64,000 nt of DNA. It comes from Coraliomargarita sp. (GTDB taxonomy: Bacteria > Verrucomicrobiota > Verrucomicrobiia > Opitutales > Coraliomargaritaceae). Under the pieces are notes generated by a model, which was not told the DNA's origin, made no database searches, and worked only from the letters and a program-made list of their open reading frames with translations. The position numbers and the translations under genes were made by a program. Below, in pieces: positions 21,210 through 31,890 of this stretch (positions are counted from its first letter, which is position 1; each line of letters starts with the position of its first letter). The stretch is taken from positions 928,001 through 992,000 of the forward strand of contig OZ244160.1 in NCBI GenBank assembly GCA_965216325.1. The letters are read 5' to 3'.

Positions 21210-21615
21210 GACTGTCCTCTGGCTTTATCTGGTTTCTGTTATTCGCTATGATCGTCCGCAGGCGCATGCCGATCTGGTCCGCGATCTTAGCCATATCTTC
21301 GGCTTTCGATGCCGACAAGTGCTTGTGGCAGGTGCGCTTCCATAGGCCCAGCCATGCTTCGAAATGTGCTTCCTCCAGATTCAGCGCGAGATGTTTCCAT
21401 GCCATGCCGCCACGATACTGCGCAGGGCCACCTGTCAGGCCGGACCAGAAATCAGCTATCTTCTCAATGTGCGTGGGCCAATCGTCGATATGTGCCTTGA
21501 ATATTGGTCCAATTAAATCATGTTGACGCACATCCGCATAAAAGTGCCGCAGCAAGTCTATGAGTTTCGGTCGCCCTCCGATTTGATCGAAGAGGCTCTG
21601 TGTAAATCCATCCAT
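21190..21615 (-). CDS. Group III truncated hemoglobin
   Basis: FYADVR....IGPIF....DW..H..KIADFW...H..L.L...HF..WL.LW pattern. Confidence 0.9.
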   Translation of the reverse strand: MDGFTQSLFDQIGGRPKLIDLLRHFYADVRQHDLIGPIFKAHIDDWPTHIEKIADFWSGLTGGPAQYRGGMAWKHLALNLEEAHFEAWLGLWKRTCHKHLSASKAEDMAKIADQIGMRLRTIIANNRNQIKPEDSHGLGQM

Positions 21616-21814
21616 ATGAGCCGTGAATGCAGCAGAGTCGGCAGACGAGCAAGCTCGTAAAGATGAGATAGACCACCTGCTTTAGCTAGGCTAAGTCTTT
21701 ATTCGATGGGTTGGAGGGGCTGGTGCGCGTATCCGACTCACTCTTCAGTCCGTCAATCAGTTGATGATCTTCAGATCTGGAGTAAGGTCTAGGCGCGCCC
21801 TTCGATCGGTGGGT

Positions 21815-22234
21815 ATGGATAAAACCTTCACTTACAATTCGCGGGTCTTCTTTGATGAACTGGATGCACTGGGCGTGCTTCATCATACTCGCTATCTGTT
21901 ACATTTGGAACGTGCCCAGCAGAAATTCTTTGAACATCTACTGGGAGTCGAAGGTTTCGATGCAGACCGAGATCAGGATATCTACGTTGTCGTGCACAGC
22001 TTGGAGTCACGTTTCCGTGAACCGGTGCGAAACCCTGGCCCGATTCAAGTTGAATATCGTATCGAGCGCATACGCAGTGCCGGGGTCACGATGGCGTTCT
22101 GTATTAGAGACACTGACACGAAGAAAGTTTACTGTGATGGCTTGCGCACAGTTTGTAAGTTGTCGGGCAAAACGCACCAGCCTGCGCCGTGGACGGAGCC
22201 TTTCCGCCAAGCTATGGATGCTTACCAGAGGTGA
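21815..22234 (+). CDS. Acyl-CoA thioesterase (4HBT hotdog fold)
   Basis: FDELDALGVLHHTRYL..LERA motif. Confidence 0.85.
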   Translation: MDKTFTYNSRVFFDELDALGVLHHTRYLLHLERAQQKFFEHLLGVEGFDADRDQDIYVVVHSLESRFREPVRNPGPIQVEYRIERIRSAGVTMAFCIRDTDTKKVYCDGLRTVCKLSGKTHQPAPWTEPFRQAMDAYQR

Positions 22235-22271
22235 TGTCGTAAGTTGATGAGGACCCGAGCGATTACTTATT

Positions 22272-22838
22272 ATGTTTCGTTTGCTGCTGTTTATCTCTTG
22301 TATCCCTTTGATTGCGTGCGTCGCTGCTGACTCCATGAAACCGCTGTTCCAATTTACTGGCGAGTCACCGAATCCGCCATGGCTTGCAACCAATGATGGT
22401 GTTATGGGTGGCTTATCTCAGGGCGGAGCAAGACTGACCGAGGAGGGGATGCTCTTTGCGGGCGTGCTTTCTCTTAAGAATAATGGGGGCTTTTCATCTG
22501 TCTACGCGAGTGGCCCATGGAATCTGTCCGACTACGATGGAATCCGTTTTCGCGTGCTTGGGGATGGACGCACATACGAACTGCGGCTGAACTCCGATGC
22601 CATGTATCGCTCATGGAGCCCCGTCTCATTTCGCCAGAGTTTTGATACTGTTCAAGGTGAGTGGATTGAAGTGTTCGTTGCTTTTAGTGAACTGAAACAA
22701 AGTTGGCGTGGGCGTCAGTTGTCAGGATACACATTTAATTCTGCGATGATCAGTCGCATCGGTTTTATGCTGGCGGACAAACAGTCCGGGGACTTTGCGC
22801 TCAAGGTCAAGTGGCTGTCTGCGGCAACCGCTGAGTGA
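22272..22838 (+). CDS. CIA30 family protein
   Basis: NDGVMGGLS, LSLKNNGGF, GDGRTY and ADKQSGDF motifs. Confidence 0.9.
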   Translation: MFRLLLFISCIPLIACVAADSMKPLFQFTGESPNPPWLATNDGVMGGLSQGGARLTEEGMLFAGVLSLKNNGGFSSVYASGPWNLSDYDGIRFRVLGDGRTYELRLNSDAMYRSWSPVSFRQSFDTVQGEWIEVFVAFSELKQSWRGRQLSGYTFNSAMISRIGFMLADKQSGDFALKVKWLSAATAE

Positions 22839-22871
22839 TTCTGCCACTGCGTGCTTAAGTGTTGGAGCATG

Positions 22872-24155
22872 CTAGGCATCCGCGACTTCGCATGCGCGCA
22901 AGGCTTCGGTGATGGCCGCTTGGTCCAGGCCGATACCAATGAAAACCAGCTCCTGACGGCGATCGCCCAACTGCGGGTGCCATTTTTGCTGTAGCTTCTC
23001 GGGGACCTGGGCCGCAGTCGCATAGCCATCTTCAATCATGTCAGCCCACCATTGACCGATGAAGTCATTGCGTAGGATTTTTCCCGCAATCGAGAGCATG
23101 CCCACACGTTTAGGTTGGCGCGTTGACCAGTAAAAGCCCTTAGCGCGCACAACACCCGGAAGTCCCGATCGGAGCACTTTTAGCAACTTGGTCTCATCGA
23201 AGGATCGTCGACTATTGTAGACGAAGCTGACCAGGCCATAGTCTTTGTGCTTACTGGTTTCCTGTAGCCCGAATCCACTTTTTATTCGCTCAACAGGAGT
23301 GAAGGAGTTTAAGCTGAAGTCCAGTTTTGGAGACGGCTCTTCGGTATTCTCGGAACAACTTTCGTTGGAGAGCATGAGGTTGCGCCAATGAGATCCAGTC
23401 AGGGTGGCCTCCTCATTGAAGCGTTCAACCTCAAGCAGTGTTGCTGCGTTGATTTTTCCATGCGCACAACGCTGCACTTCTGCACGATCATTCAAACCAT
23501 ATAGATAGGCCTCGAGACGATCAGCATCGGCTACGTCTACTTGATCCGTCTTGTTGAGGAGTAGGAGGTCTGCGCATTCGATTTGCTCCAGCAGCAATTC
23601 TTCTAAGGGACGGCGCTTGTCGGCTTGTAGGAGTTGGACACGCTTTTCATGTTCAACGTCCGAGCCTGCTCCGAGATGATCGTCCAAATTGGCAGCATCC
23701 ACAAGGGTGACCAAATTCGCCACACGCAGGAAATCGACACCGCATACACCAGCCATGTTGGTGGTGTAGAGATTTTCGAGGATCGACTTTGGTTCTGCGA
23801 CTCCGGTGGCTTCGACGAGTATGTGGCTGGGCTTATATTTCAAATAGAGGTGGAGCAGGGCATCCATCAGCTCAGTCTGAATGGAGCAGCAGATACAGCC
23901 GCTTGCGAGTTCGACCATGCCGCTGATCGGGCTCTCCATTTCACTGATCGTGTTCTGCACCAAACTCGCATCGATATTTACTTCGCCGAGATCATTCACC
24001 AACACGGCGAGGTTGGCGGATTCGCCAGATGCGAGTATGTGGTTGAGCAGTGTGGTTTTGCCTGTACCCAGAAAACCGCTCAGTAAAGTGACGGGGACAC
24101 GTGCTTCAGTGGCTAGGGGTGCTTTAGGCTTCCAAGTGATAAATGCGTCTGACAT
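22872..24155 (-). CDS. COG0523/CobW-family metal chaperone GTPase
   Basis: [27 protein letters not shown] and [11 protein letters not shown] motifs. Confidence 0.92.
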   Translation of the reverse strand: MSDAFITWKPKAPLATEARVPVTLLSGFLGTGKTTLLNHILASGESANLAVLVNDLGEVNIDASLVQNTISEMESPISGMVELASGCICCSIQTELMDALLHLYLKYKPSHILVEATGVAEPKSILENLYTTNMAGVCGVDFLRVANLVTLVDAANLDDHLGAGSDVEHEKRVQLLQADKRRPLEELLLEQIECADLLLLNKTDQVDVADADRLEAYLYGLNDRAEVQRCAHGKINAATLLEVERFNEEATLTGSHWRNLMLSNESCSENTEEPSPKLDFSLNSFTPVERIKSGFGLQETSKHKDYGLVSFVYNSRRSFDETKLLKVLRSGLPGVVRAKGFYWSTRQPKRVGMLSIAGKILRNDFIGQWWADMIEDGYATAAQVPEKLQQKWHPQLGDRRQELVFIGIGLDQAAITEALRACEVADA

Positions 24156-24162
24156 GGACCAG

Positions 24163-24179
24163 ATGCAAGCGACTTGCAT
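24163..24179. promoter_or_regulatory. Palindromic operator, putative Zur/Fur-family box
   Basis: ATGCAAG-cga-CTTGCAT, 7 bp upstream of the COG0523 ATG. Confidence 0.6.
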
Positions 24180-24283
24180 TAAAGAATCAAGGATCAGATA
24201 CGCTGAACTTACTTTGATGTCTTGAATAGATTGCGAAATCCGGTTGGTATAAGGACTTATCCCTACACCTACCAGTATCTATC

Positions 24284-25132
24284 ATGCTCAAAAAACTCGT
24301 ATCCTCCATGCTGAAAGCCAAGCAGACAAAGGCGATCGAAGAGGAACTGAACACCAAGCTGTTGGCTAAAGTCCCGTTTTTGGAAGGCGCTGATTATGGT
24401 TTGATCCAAGATCTCGCGGCGGCACTCGATTCACAGCGTTTTGCAGAGGGTGCAACGGTCTTTGCTGAGGGCGATGAGGCGAATAGTCTATTCCTAATCG
24501 TTGAAGGCACTGTGCAGATTCGTTCAAACGGCGAGATTATTACTGAACTGGAGCTCGGTGGTTGTTTTGGTGAAGGTGCGTTGATTGAGAAAAAAGTGCG
24601 GGGTGCCAGTGCATTGGCGACGTCTCCGACACGTCTTCTTGAGCTGAAACGCGAAGCCTTTGTCGAGTTGACCGAGAAATACGGCAAGGTACGCTTACGC
24701 CTGAAGCAACTTCATGAACGACGTCGGGCGCAGGATATCGGTAAATCCATTGAGCGAAACCTGTTGAATGACGCTCCTTTTTTGTCGGGGGCCGGAGGCG
24801 CTCTGATCAACGAATTGGCACAGTATTTGGAGCGTAAAACCTATGTGAAAGGGGATACGCTAATGGAGGAGGGCGCGGAGGGTGCGTCGCTGTTTTTAAT
24901 TGAGAAAGGCACGGTTTATGTGCTGAAGGGCGACAAGCAAGTTGCAGAGTTGGAGCCTGGTGCATGTGTCGGCGAAGGGGCACTGTTTAGTCGAAGGCCG
25001 CGTTCTGCCACTGTGACCGCAGCCAATGAAGTTACCTGTTTCGAATTGGGGAAGGGCGCCTTCGATCGCATTATCGCTCGGTATCCTGTGTTTGCTAAAA
25101 GATTGCGAGCGATTCATGAGAAGCGTTGTTAA
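24284..25132 (+). CDS. Tandem cyclic-nucleotide-binding domain protein
   Basis: Two cNMP domains (GCFGEGAL..R.ASA; CVGEGAL..RSATV); no effector domain. Confidence 0.9.
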   Translation: MLKKLVSSMLKAKQTKAIEEELNTKLLAKVPFLEGADYGLIQDLAAALDSQRFAEGATVFAEGDEANSLFLIVEGTVQIRSNGEIITELELGGCFGEGALIEKKVRGASALATSPTRLLELKREAFVELTEKYGKVRLRLKQLHERRRAQDIGKSIERNLLNDAPFLSGAGGALINELAQYLERKTYVKGDTLMEEGAEGASLFLIEKGTVYVLKGDKQVAELEPGACVGEGALFSRRPRSATVTAANEVTCFELGKGAFDRIIARYPVFAKRLRAIHEKRC

Positions 25133-25520
25133 GGTCTGCTCAAATAAAGCACCTCACATTTGCGAGGCGCTTTGATGCTTACTCCATGCAGTAATATCCG
25201 TGCGCGCTTACTGGTGAGTTCCTCTAAAATGGGTCCAAATGTCGGGCGATAAGTTTTATGTCGTAGCCCCAATTGGTTGATGTGTTTTGATTAACGATGA
25301 AGAAGGTGTGTCGTATTAGCATAACTGCGTTTTCCTGATGGATGTGTGAATTAATTCCTGATCGTTGACTCTTAAGCAGTTTGATGTGCCGAACACGTGC
25401 TCCGTGCTTGGTGATCGATTGGGTTTCGTGGCCGGATTTACCCGTCTAGTGTTGTCAAATGCATGCTTTCCCGTTAGATTTTATGCCACAGGCAAGTTAA
25501 TAGAAAGTGAGGGCAGGAGC

Positions 25521-26126
25521 ATGAGTCATTCAGAGAAATGGGTGTCGCTCAACCTGAGTGATGACCCGATCTGGGAGCGCACTTTTTTCGTGCATCCTTT
25601 GGTTATTATTGGAACGCTCGAGGCCGACGGTGCAGTTGATTTTGCACCGAAGCACATGGTGACGCCAATTGGTTTTGGCAACTGGTTTTGTTTTGTCTGC
25701 ACGCCCAGGCACAGCACGTATCAGAATATTCGGAGGGATCGTTGCTTTACCGTCAGCTACCCACCACCTGAGCAAGTTTTATTGTCGTCGTTGACGGCTG
25801 CACCACGGAACGAATGCTGCCAGAAGCCAAGTCTGGCTGCGGTGCCCAATCGACCCGCGACAGCCATCAAGGGGGCTGTCGTGGATGACTGTCCGCTTTA
25901 TTTGGAATGTGAACTGGAGCGTATCGTCGATGGCTTTGACTATTATTCTCTCATCGTCGGCCGGATCATTGCGGCACAGGCGAAGCCTGAGGTCTTACGT
26001 GATGCTGATCGGGATGACGAAGACCTGCTGGAGCAGAATCCATTGCTGACTTACATTGCACCAGGACGTTTTGCCCGCATTGGACACACGGATAGCTTCC
26101 CCTTCCCAAAAGGTTTCAAACGATGA
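25521..26126 (+). CDS. Flavin reductase-like FMN-binding protein
   Basis: P.VIIGT...G..DFAP, H.TY.NI...FTVSY and LECEL motifs; AGGAG RBS before ATG 25521. Confidence 0.8.
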   Translation: MSHSEKWVSLNLSDDPIWERTFFVHPLVIIGTLEADGAVDFAPKHMVTPIGFGNWFCFVCTPRHSTYQNIRRDRCFTVSYPPPEQVLLSSLTAAPRNECCQKPSLAAVPNRPATAIKGAVVDDCPLYLECELERIVDGFDYYSLIVGRIIAAQAKPEVLRDADRDDEDLLEQNPLLTYIAPGRFARIGHTDSFPFPKGFKR

Positions 26127-27325
26127 GTGATTTGGTCGAGACCTTACACGCCGAAGTGCTCAGAGCTGCGGATGAGCAGCTTGATTTTCTAAAGCGCTTG
26201 GTCGTACTGGAAACACCGACTAACGAGCCACAACGTACACGGCAAAGCCTGGGGCTGTTGGCGGAGGCATTCGAGCAGATCGGGTATCAGTGCCAGCTGC
26301 TCAGTGGTTGTAATAGTGGCGGGCAACTTTATGCACGGCCGTGTGAGCGCGAACCAAGGCTAGCCAGCCAACTCTTGCTGGGCCATGTGGATACAGTTTG
26401 GCCGACCGGAACTCTTCGGGACATGCCGCTAGTGCTTGAACAGGGCTGTCTGAAAGGGCCGGGTGTGTATGACATGAAGTCTGGTCTGGGCAATATACTT
26501 TTTGCTTTGCGGGCAATTCGAGCCTTGGACTTGAAGCCTTCGCTGACTCCCGTTGTATTCATCAATACCGACGAGGAGACTGGTAGCCATGAGTCGACCG
26601 AGAAGATCTGTCGGTTAGCTCGTTTGGTTCAGCGAGCCTATGTCATGGAGCCTTCTCTCGGCCTTGCCGGCATGCTCAAGACCGCACGCAAAGGCGTGGC
26701 TAATTATACCATTACAGCCCATGGTCTCGCCGCACATGCGGGTCTGAATCCAGAGGGAGGGGCAAGCGCGATTCTGGAGCTTTCCCATGTCGTTCAGACT
26801 TTGTTTGCGCTCAATGATCATGAGCAAGGTGTTACCATTAATGTCGGACGTATTGATGGCGGCATGGGAGCGAATATTATTGCTCCAACCAGTTCCTGTG
26901 AGGTCGATGTTCGTGTGCCAACAAACAGGCAAGCGCACGAAGTTGACCGGGCGATTCATGCACTCGAGTCGACTACACCAGGTGTGCGCTTGGAGATCGA
27001 AGGCGGGTTGCGCCGCCCGCCCTTAGTGCCTACGCCCGAATCGCTGGAGCTTGCCCGCACCGCGCAGGGCTTTGCCACTCAACTTGGCTTTGACTTAGCT
27101 ACAGGCATGGCGGGCGGCGGGAGTGATGGCAATCACGCCAGCCAGTTTACTCCGACGCTCGATGGTCTGGGAGCGGTGGGCGACGGTGCACATGCCCACC
27201 ACGAATTTGTCTATGTCGATCAATTGGTCGAACGAACCGCCATGCTGGCATTACTGGTCATGGCACCCAATCAAGCTAACCATCAGGAGGGTTCATCATG
27301 CAAAGCATCGTTCGCGCGTCTCTAG
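26123..27325 (+). CDS. M20 family metallopeptidase (glutamate carboxypeptidase-like)
   Basis: GHVDTVW, GPGVYDMK, DEETGS, AHAG, GGSDGN and GAHA motifs. Confidence 0.92.
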   Translation: MSDLVETLHAEVLRAADEQLDFLKRLVVLETPTNEPQRTRQSLGLLAEAFEQIGYQCQLLSGCNSGGQLYARPCEREPRLASQLLLGHVDTVWPTGTLRDMPLVLEQGCLKGPGVYDMKSGLGNILFALRAIRALDLKPSLTPVVFINTDEETGSHESTEKICRLARLVQRAYVMEPSLGLAGMLKTARKGVANYTITAHGLAAHAGLNPEGGASAILELSHVVQTLFALNDHEQGVTINVGRIDGGMGANIIAPTSSCEVDVRVPTNRQAHEVDRAIHALESTTPGVRLEIEGGLRRPPLVPTPESLELARTAQGFATQLGFDLATGMAGGGSDGNHASQFTPTLDGLGAVGDGAHAHHEFVYVDQLVERTAMLALLVMAPNQANHQEGSSCKASFARL

Positions 27326-28293
27326 GCCGAATTGCACAGTTCGGCGAATTCGAAATCAAACCGGTCGAGCGTCGCAACTGGCGCTTGGCTGATTATGTCG
27401 TGGCCGAGGTCACGGATCCGCCCGGCCCAAGTAGTTGGGTCGAGGTTCGCAGTGGCCGGATGATTCAGGTCATTCAAGGGGACCGTATTCTCGGGGCCTT
27501 CGGTAATCGTCATGCCACTTTGCAACTCACAGGAAGCTGGAAGGATATCGGAGAAGATCTTCACTTTAACCTACTGACCGGCGCTGGCATCTTTGGCAAG
27601 GTGACGAGTCTCTCGGCTTATGCTGCTCCCCCAATCAAGCTGAAATACATTGGCCATGTGCATAAAGAGGGAAAGCCCTGCAATATGATGGACTACGCGG
27701 TTAAAGATACAGGGCGCAGCTTTCAGACACCGGTTCTGATGATCGTGGGCAGCTCCATGTCCGCCGGTAAAACAAACTCGGCACGGATCATCATCCGCCG
27801 CTTGAAAAAGATGAACAAACGCGTGCTGGCCGCGAAGATGACCGGCGCCGGACGTTACCGCGACGTGCTGACGATGAAGGATTCCGGTGCGGACGCGATT
27901 TATGATTTTACAGACGCTGGCTTGCCATCGACCGTCTGCAGCAAGGAGGATTACAAAGCGGCAATGCAGCCCTTGCTCTCAACCATGGCTGAAGCGGATG
28001 TCGACTTGGCAGTTATCGAAGCTGGAGCCTCGCCCTTGGAGCCTTACAATGGCGATACTGCAATCGAACTCCTAAAGTCCAATATCAGATTCACGATCCT
28101 CTGTGCATCCGATCCTTATGCTGCCTATGGTTTTATCAATGTCGGCAAAGTGAAACCCGACCTGATTAGTGGCATTACCTGCAACACCATTGCCGGCCAA
28201 GAGCTCGTGACCGAGCTGACCGGAATTCGACCGATGTGCCTAAGCGAACCGTCCTCCATACAAAAGCTGGACGATTTGCTGGCGCCTTTATGA
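27298..28293 (+). CDS. DUF1611-like P-loop protein
   Basis: GSSMSAGKT, AKMTGAGRYRD and DFTDAGLPST motifs. Confidence 0.7.
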   Translation: MQSIVRASLGRIAQFGEFEIKPVERRNWRLADYVVAEVTDPPGPSSWVEVRSGRMIQVIQGDRILGAFGNRHATLQLTGSWKDIGEDLHFNLLTGAGIFGKVTSLSAYAAPPIKLKYIGHVHKEGKPCNMMDYAVKDTGRSFQTPVLMIVGSSMSAGKTNSARIIIRRLKKMNKRVLAAKMTGAGRYRDVLTMKDSGADAIYDFTDAGLPSTVCSKEDYKAAMQPLLSTMAEADVDLAVIEAGASPLEPYNGDTAIELLKSNIRFTILCASDPYAAYGFINVGKVKPDLISGITCNTIAGQELVTELTGIRPMCLSEPSSIQKLDDLLAPL

Positions 28294-28321
28294 ACAACGC
28301 GCTGAGTGACAGGGGCGCGGT

Positions 28322-29008
28322 TTACTGGGGTGCTGAGTTGTGAATTGCCTTCTGTAGCGGGCAGTTCTCTACATCGATTCGTGAGCCTTCACGGTAGCGC
28401 TGGAGCAGTCGCTTGGATTCTTTGGCGAGCATATGACGCACTTCGCGGCGTGCGCCTTTTTTACGTGGAATCTGCATGTGGTCGTATGCTGTCGTCTGGT
28501 GTCGTAACCAAGCGATCGTCGCTGCCTCGGCTCGCTGTTCGATTGGGATACGCTTGGTGCGGGCAACGGTTCCACTGCCAACTGGGGTCGCTTGCTGACT
28601 GATTAGCTCAGCTAAGCGTGTCGCGAGCAACTCGTAGCGTGGATGGAAATTCAAATAGGCCCCTAATGCTTGCGTGAAATCTTCGATATAGACGACTTCC
28701 TGTTGAGCACGTCGGGCGCGGCCCGCTTCCAGTTTACGTTGATAGGCCGGGCCTGCGCGCTCAATTTGCAAGGCAAGGCGTAGAGCTTCGATGCGTTCTG
28801 CCGGCGCCCAAATACCACGGGAGAATTCCTTGCGGCCTTTTTTCTCCTTAACCGTCCAGCTCGGGCCATCGGCTTTGATTCGTCGACTGAGAGCAGCGTC
28901 GCCCGGTGGTAGAAGTGACCAGCCCTCCGGAACCGCACGCAATGCACCCTGTTGGGTAAAGACATGGCGGTGTTTGGGGCTCGGGCGGACTTCAAGTGTT
29001 TGCAGCAT
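28322..29008 (-). CDS. DUF2293 domain protein
   Basis: LPPGDAALSRR, TPVGSGTVART and AWLRHQTTAYD motifs. Confidence 0.8.
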   Translation of the reverse strand: MLQTLEVRPSPKHRHVFTQQGALRAVPEGWSLLPPGDAALSRRIKADGPSWTVKEKKGRKEFSRGIWAPAERIEALRLALQIERAGPAYQRKLEAGRARRAQQEVVYIEDFTQALGAYLNFHPRYELLATRLAELISQQATPVGSGTVARTKRIPIEQRAEAATIAWLRHQTTAYDHMQIPRKKGARREVRHMLAKESKRLLQRYREGSRIDVENCPLQKAIHNSAPQ

Positions 29009-29140
29009 TGTGGATAGATAGGATCGATACAGACTGCTTGTCATTACCTTTCTGAGCATCTTTCGGCTGAAAGTTTCGTAGGGCTTTGGATGCTACGATC
29101 CGTATTTGACCTAGTATCTGGTCGGCCTATGCCTTTTTTG

Positions 29141-29833
29141 ATGAATATTTTTCCTAACTTAGGCTATTTAACCGTTCTGGCCCTGTGTTGGTTGGCGCCT
29201 ATTCTAGTTTCTGGACAGGTTAATTCATCGGATAACGAGCCAGTCCCTGAAGGAGATACGGTGATCGAATTGATTGATTTGGACAGTTTTAAGGGCTGGA
29301 AAGTGCCTTCGGACTGTTGGTCAATCAAAGGTGGTGTCATCTTCGGTCGCACCGGCTCTACAGTGCTCAAAACGCCACAGTGGCTTTACACGGAACAACG
29401 CTTTGCTGATTTTGTTTTTACCTGCGAGGTCAAGTTGACGGGCGCCCGCCACCCGAACTCAGGCATCTATTACCGTGTGAATCCGATTCGATGGCAACGG
29501 GGAGAACGTTCCTTTGAGGCTGCGTCCGGCTACGAGTTCGATATTGCCCATGGCAAGTTCAATGGATCACTGGGTGACTGGTATGCACGTCCAAAGCTGC
29601 GGATCTGGCCAGATCCTGATGTGCTCTCTAGCGCTTTTAAGCAAAATGAGTGGAACCGTTTAACCATTCGAGCGCGCGGCAATCACTTGGAATATTGGAT
29701 GAATGGCACGAAGATCATCGACTATCGTGATGACGATCCAAATGGATCACGCGAAGGCTGTATCGGCCTGCAGATTCACGATAATGCGATTATGGAGGTC
29801 GCTCTACGGAGTGCGCGTATCTGTCCGCTCTGA
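29141..29833 (+). CDS. DUF1080 (3-keto-disaccharide hydrolase-like) secreted protein
   Basis: GW...W....G.I, NSGIYYR, EWN.L.IRARG and G.IGLQIH motifs. Confidence 0.85.
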   Translation: MNIFPNLGYLTVLALCWLAPILVSGQVNSSDNEPVPEGDTVIELIDLDSFKGWKVPSDCWSIKGGVIFGRTGSTVLKTPQWLYTEQRFADFVFTCEVKLTGARHPNSGIYYRVNPIRWQRGERSFEAASGYEFDIAHGKFNGSLGDWYARPKLRIWPDPDVLSSAFKQNEWNRLTIRARGNHLEYWMNGTKIIDYRDDDPNGSREGCIGLQIHDNAIMEVALRSARICPL

Positions 29834-29845
29834 TGGGGGCTTTCC

Positions 29846-30529
29846 ATGGATTTTTCGCCCACAGCTCGCTATTATCATTTGCTTGAAGACCTCTTTATTG
29901 GCTCGGCCTTGCAGCAGACTCGGGTTGCGCAGCTTAGGCAGTTGGCGCTCAATCAAGACTTAGACTGGGTGCTGATTGTGGGGGAGGGGAACGGACGTTT
30001 TCTCTGCGCGTTGTTGCAGGCGTATCCGAAGCTCAATGTCACGGTGATTGATGCCAGCGCCGCGATGCTTGAGCGCACGCGTCGACGATTGAATCGGGCA
30101 GGGCTCAGTCATCACACGGTCAGATTCGAACTTGCCGACCTGCGCTCACGGGAACTGCCGAGTGCTCATTATGGTCTGATCGTTACGCACTTCTTCTTTT
30201 CTAACTTCGGACAGTCTGATGTTGCTCAGATGATTCGCCAACTCGCTCACGCAGCCGGCCCCGATGCCCTGTGGCTATTGGGGGATTTTGTGGTCCCCGC
30301 AAATGCTGTCCTAGGGATGCGAGCAAAGTTCTGGTTGTGGGCTTTGTATCGATTCTTTAGATACACTGCGGGTGTGCCGGTGCGTCGCTTGCCTGAAGTT
30401 GAAGGAGATCTTGCCGCTGCTGGCTTTCAGGTTTGCGCAGAGAGCTTATATTGCGGCCAACTGCTGCGTAGTGCTACTTATCGAAGAGCTTCGGGTGCTC
30501 AGGTTAAATTGATAGCGGCAGTGCAATGA
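29846..30529 (+). CDS. Class I SAM-dependent methyltransferase
   Basis: LIVGEGNGRF, IDASAAML and THFF motifs. Confidence 0.85.
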   Translation: MDFSPTARYYHLLEDLFIGSALQQTRVAQLRQLALNQDLDWVLIVGEGNGRFLCALLQAYPKLNVTVIDASAAMLERTRRRLNRAGLSHHTVRFELADLRSRELPSAHYGLIVTHFFFSNFGQSDVAQMIRQLAHAAGPDALWLLGDFVVPANAVLGMRAKFWLWALYRFFRYTAGVPVRRLPEVEGDLAAAGFQVCAESLYCGQLLRSATYRRASGAQVKLIAAVQ

Positions 30530-31052
30530 AGGCTAAGGCGATCAGCAAGCCGGCCAAAAAGGCGTAGAAACTCATGCGCATCCAGCGGAATTTCGGTCGC
30601 AGTACGTCGTGGCTCAAGTGGTAGATGTCCGAAACCATGAGCTCGGTAATCGTATTGCGGCTTTCGAGTGATTCGCGCATTAGTGCCTTATAGCTGTCTT
30701 CATCGTGTTGCCAGATCCCTGAGAAGTGCAGCAAATTCGCGTTGCCCTGCATATCGATCTTATAGCGTTTTGGCATTAGGCACATTACCGCAAAAAAAAT
30801 ACTCAATGCTGCGGCCAACACAAATAGCGTAATACCCAAGCGTATCTCGGTGTTGTCATAGGCTGAGATCGCAATGGGGATTAGAAAGGCGTTAATCGTT
30901 ATCACTACCTGTGCACGCCGATCTGCCAGTGAAATATATTGCACGTGTTTCGACTGGGCACTGCTTAAGACCGATCCTCGTAACAGTGCCGGCCAGTTGC
31001 TTAGTCTTGCGGCACTAGCGGTTGGGGGTGATTCGTTGTCAGTTGGATCCAT
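30504..31052 (-). CDS. Pycsar effector family (DUF5706/PycTM-like) membrane protein
   Basis: HVQ.ISLADRRA...ITIN, two TM segments + P, NLLHF, DIY.L...L..KF..MR.SF..F and a final TM segment. Confidence 0.75.
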   Translation of the reverse strand: MDPTDNESPPTASAARLSNWPALLRGSVLSSAQSKHVQYISLADRRAQVVITINAFLIPIAISAYDNTEIRLGITLFVLAAALSIFFAVMCLMPKRYKIDMQGNANLLHFSGIWQHDEDSYKALMRESLESRNTITELMVSDIYHLSHDVLRPKFRWMRMSFYAFLAGLLIALAFIALPLSI

Positions 31053-31194
31053 TCTGCACAGCAAATCGGGCGAATAATCGCATGCAAGATTTTGTGTGCA
31101 CAGGGAATGCATACTCGGAGTTTGGCACACCCTGATCAGCTCCAATTGGTCGCACCTCGCATTTTGCTAAATACATGCTAGCTTGCGCCAACTG

Positions 31195-31890
31195 ATGTCC
31201 ATTCCTTTCGACAATACCTACGCCAAACTGCCAGCACGCTTCTATGCGGTGCAGACGCCGACGCCAGTCGCTGCACCAAGTTTGATTCTGGTCAACCACT
31301 CGCTTGCCAAGCTTCTGGGGGTCGACCCGCTCTGGCTGGAGTCCGCAGCGGGTATCGAGCTGTTGGCGGGAAATGCTGTGCCGGAGGGTGCTGCTCCGAT
31401 TGCTCAATCCTATGCTGGGCATCAGTTCGGAGGCTTTGTTCCTCAACTCGGTGATGGCCGTGCGATCCTGCTCGGTGAAGTGCTTGCCAATACAGGTCAG
31501 CGTTTCGACATTCAGCTAAAGGGCAGTGGTAAGACGCCGTTTTCACGTCGCGGCGACGGACGTTCGGCACTGGGTCCCGTCCTGCGCGAATACATGCTTA
31601 GCGAGGCGATGTATGCGCTTGGCGTGCCAACGACGCGCGCGCTTGCGGCAGTCACCACGGGCGAACGGGTCGTGCGTGAACAGTTGCAGGCTGGGGGAGT
31701 CTTCACCCGCGTGGCGAGCAGTCACCTACGGGTGGGCACGTTTCAATACTTTGCCGCGCGAGAAGACCACGAGGCACTCCGCATCCTTGCCGACACGGTG
31801 ATTGAACGACATTACCCCGAAGCGGCTGACGACGATTCGCCGATTCTCGCATTGTTGGATGGGAAGAGGATATTTAATTTCAACGTTTGA
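31195..31890 (+). pseudogene. selO: SelO/YdiU AMPylase, 3'-truncated
   Basis: YAGHQFG...[33 protein letters not shown] and SHLRVGTF present; similarity ends near 31860, before the GFIHGVMNTDN motif (about half the usual length). Confidence 0.85.
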
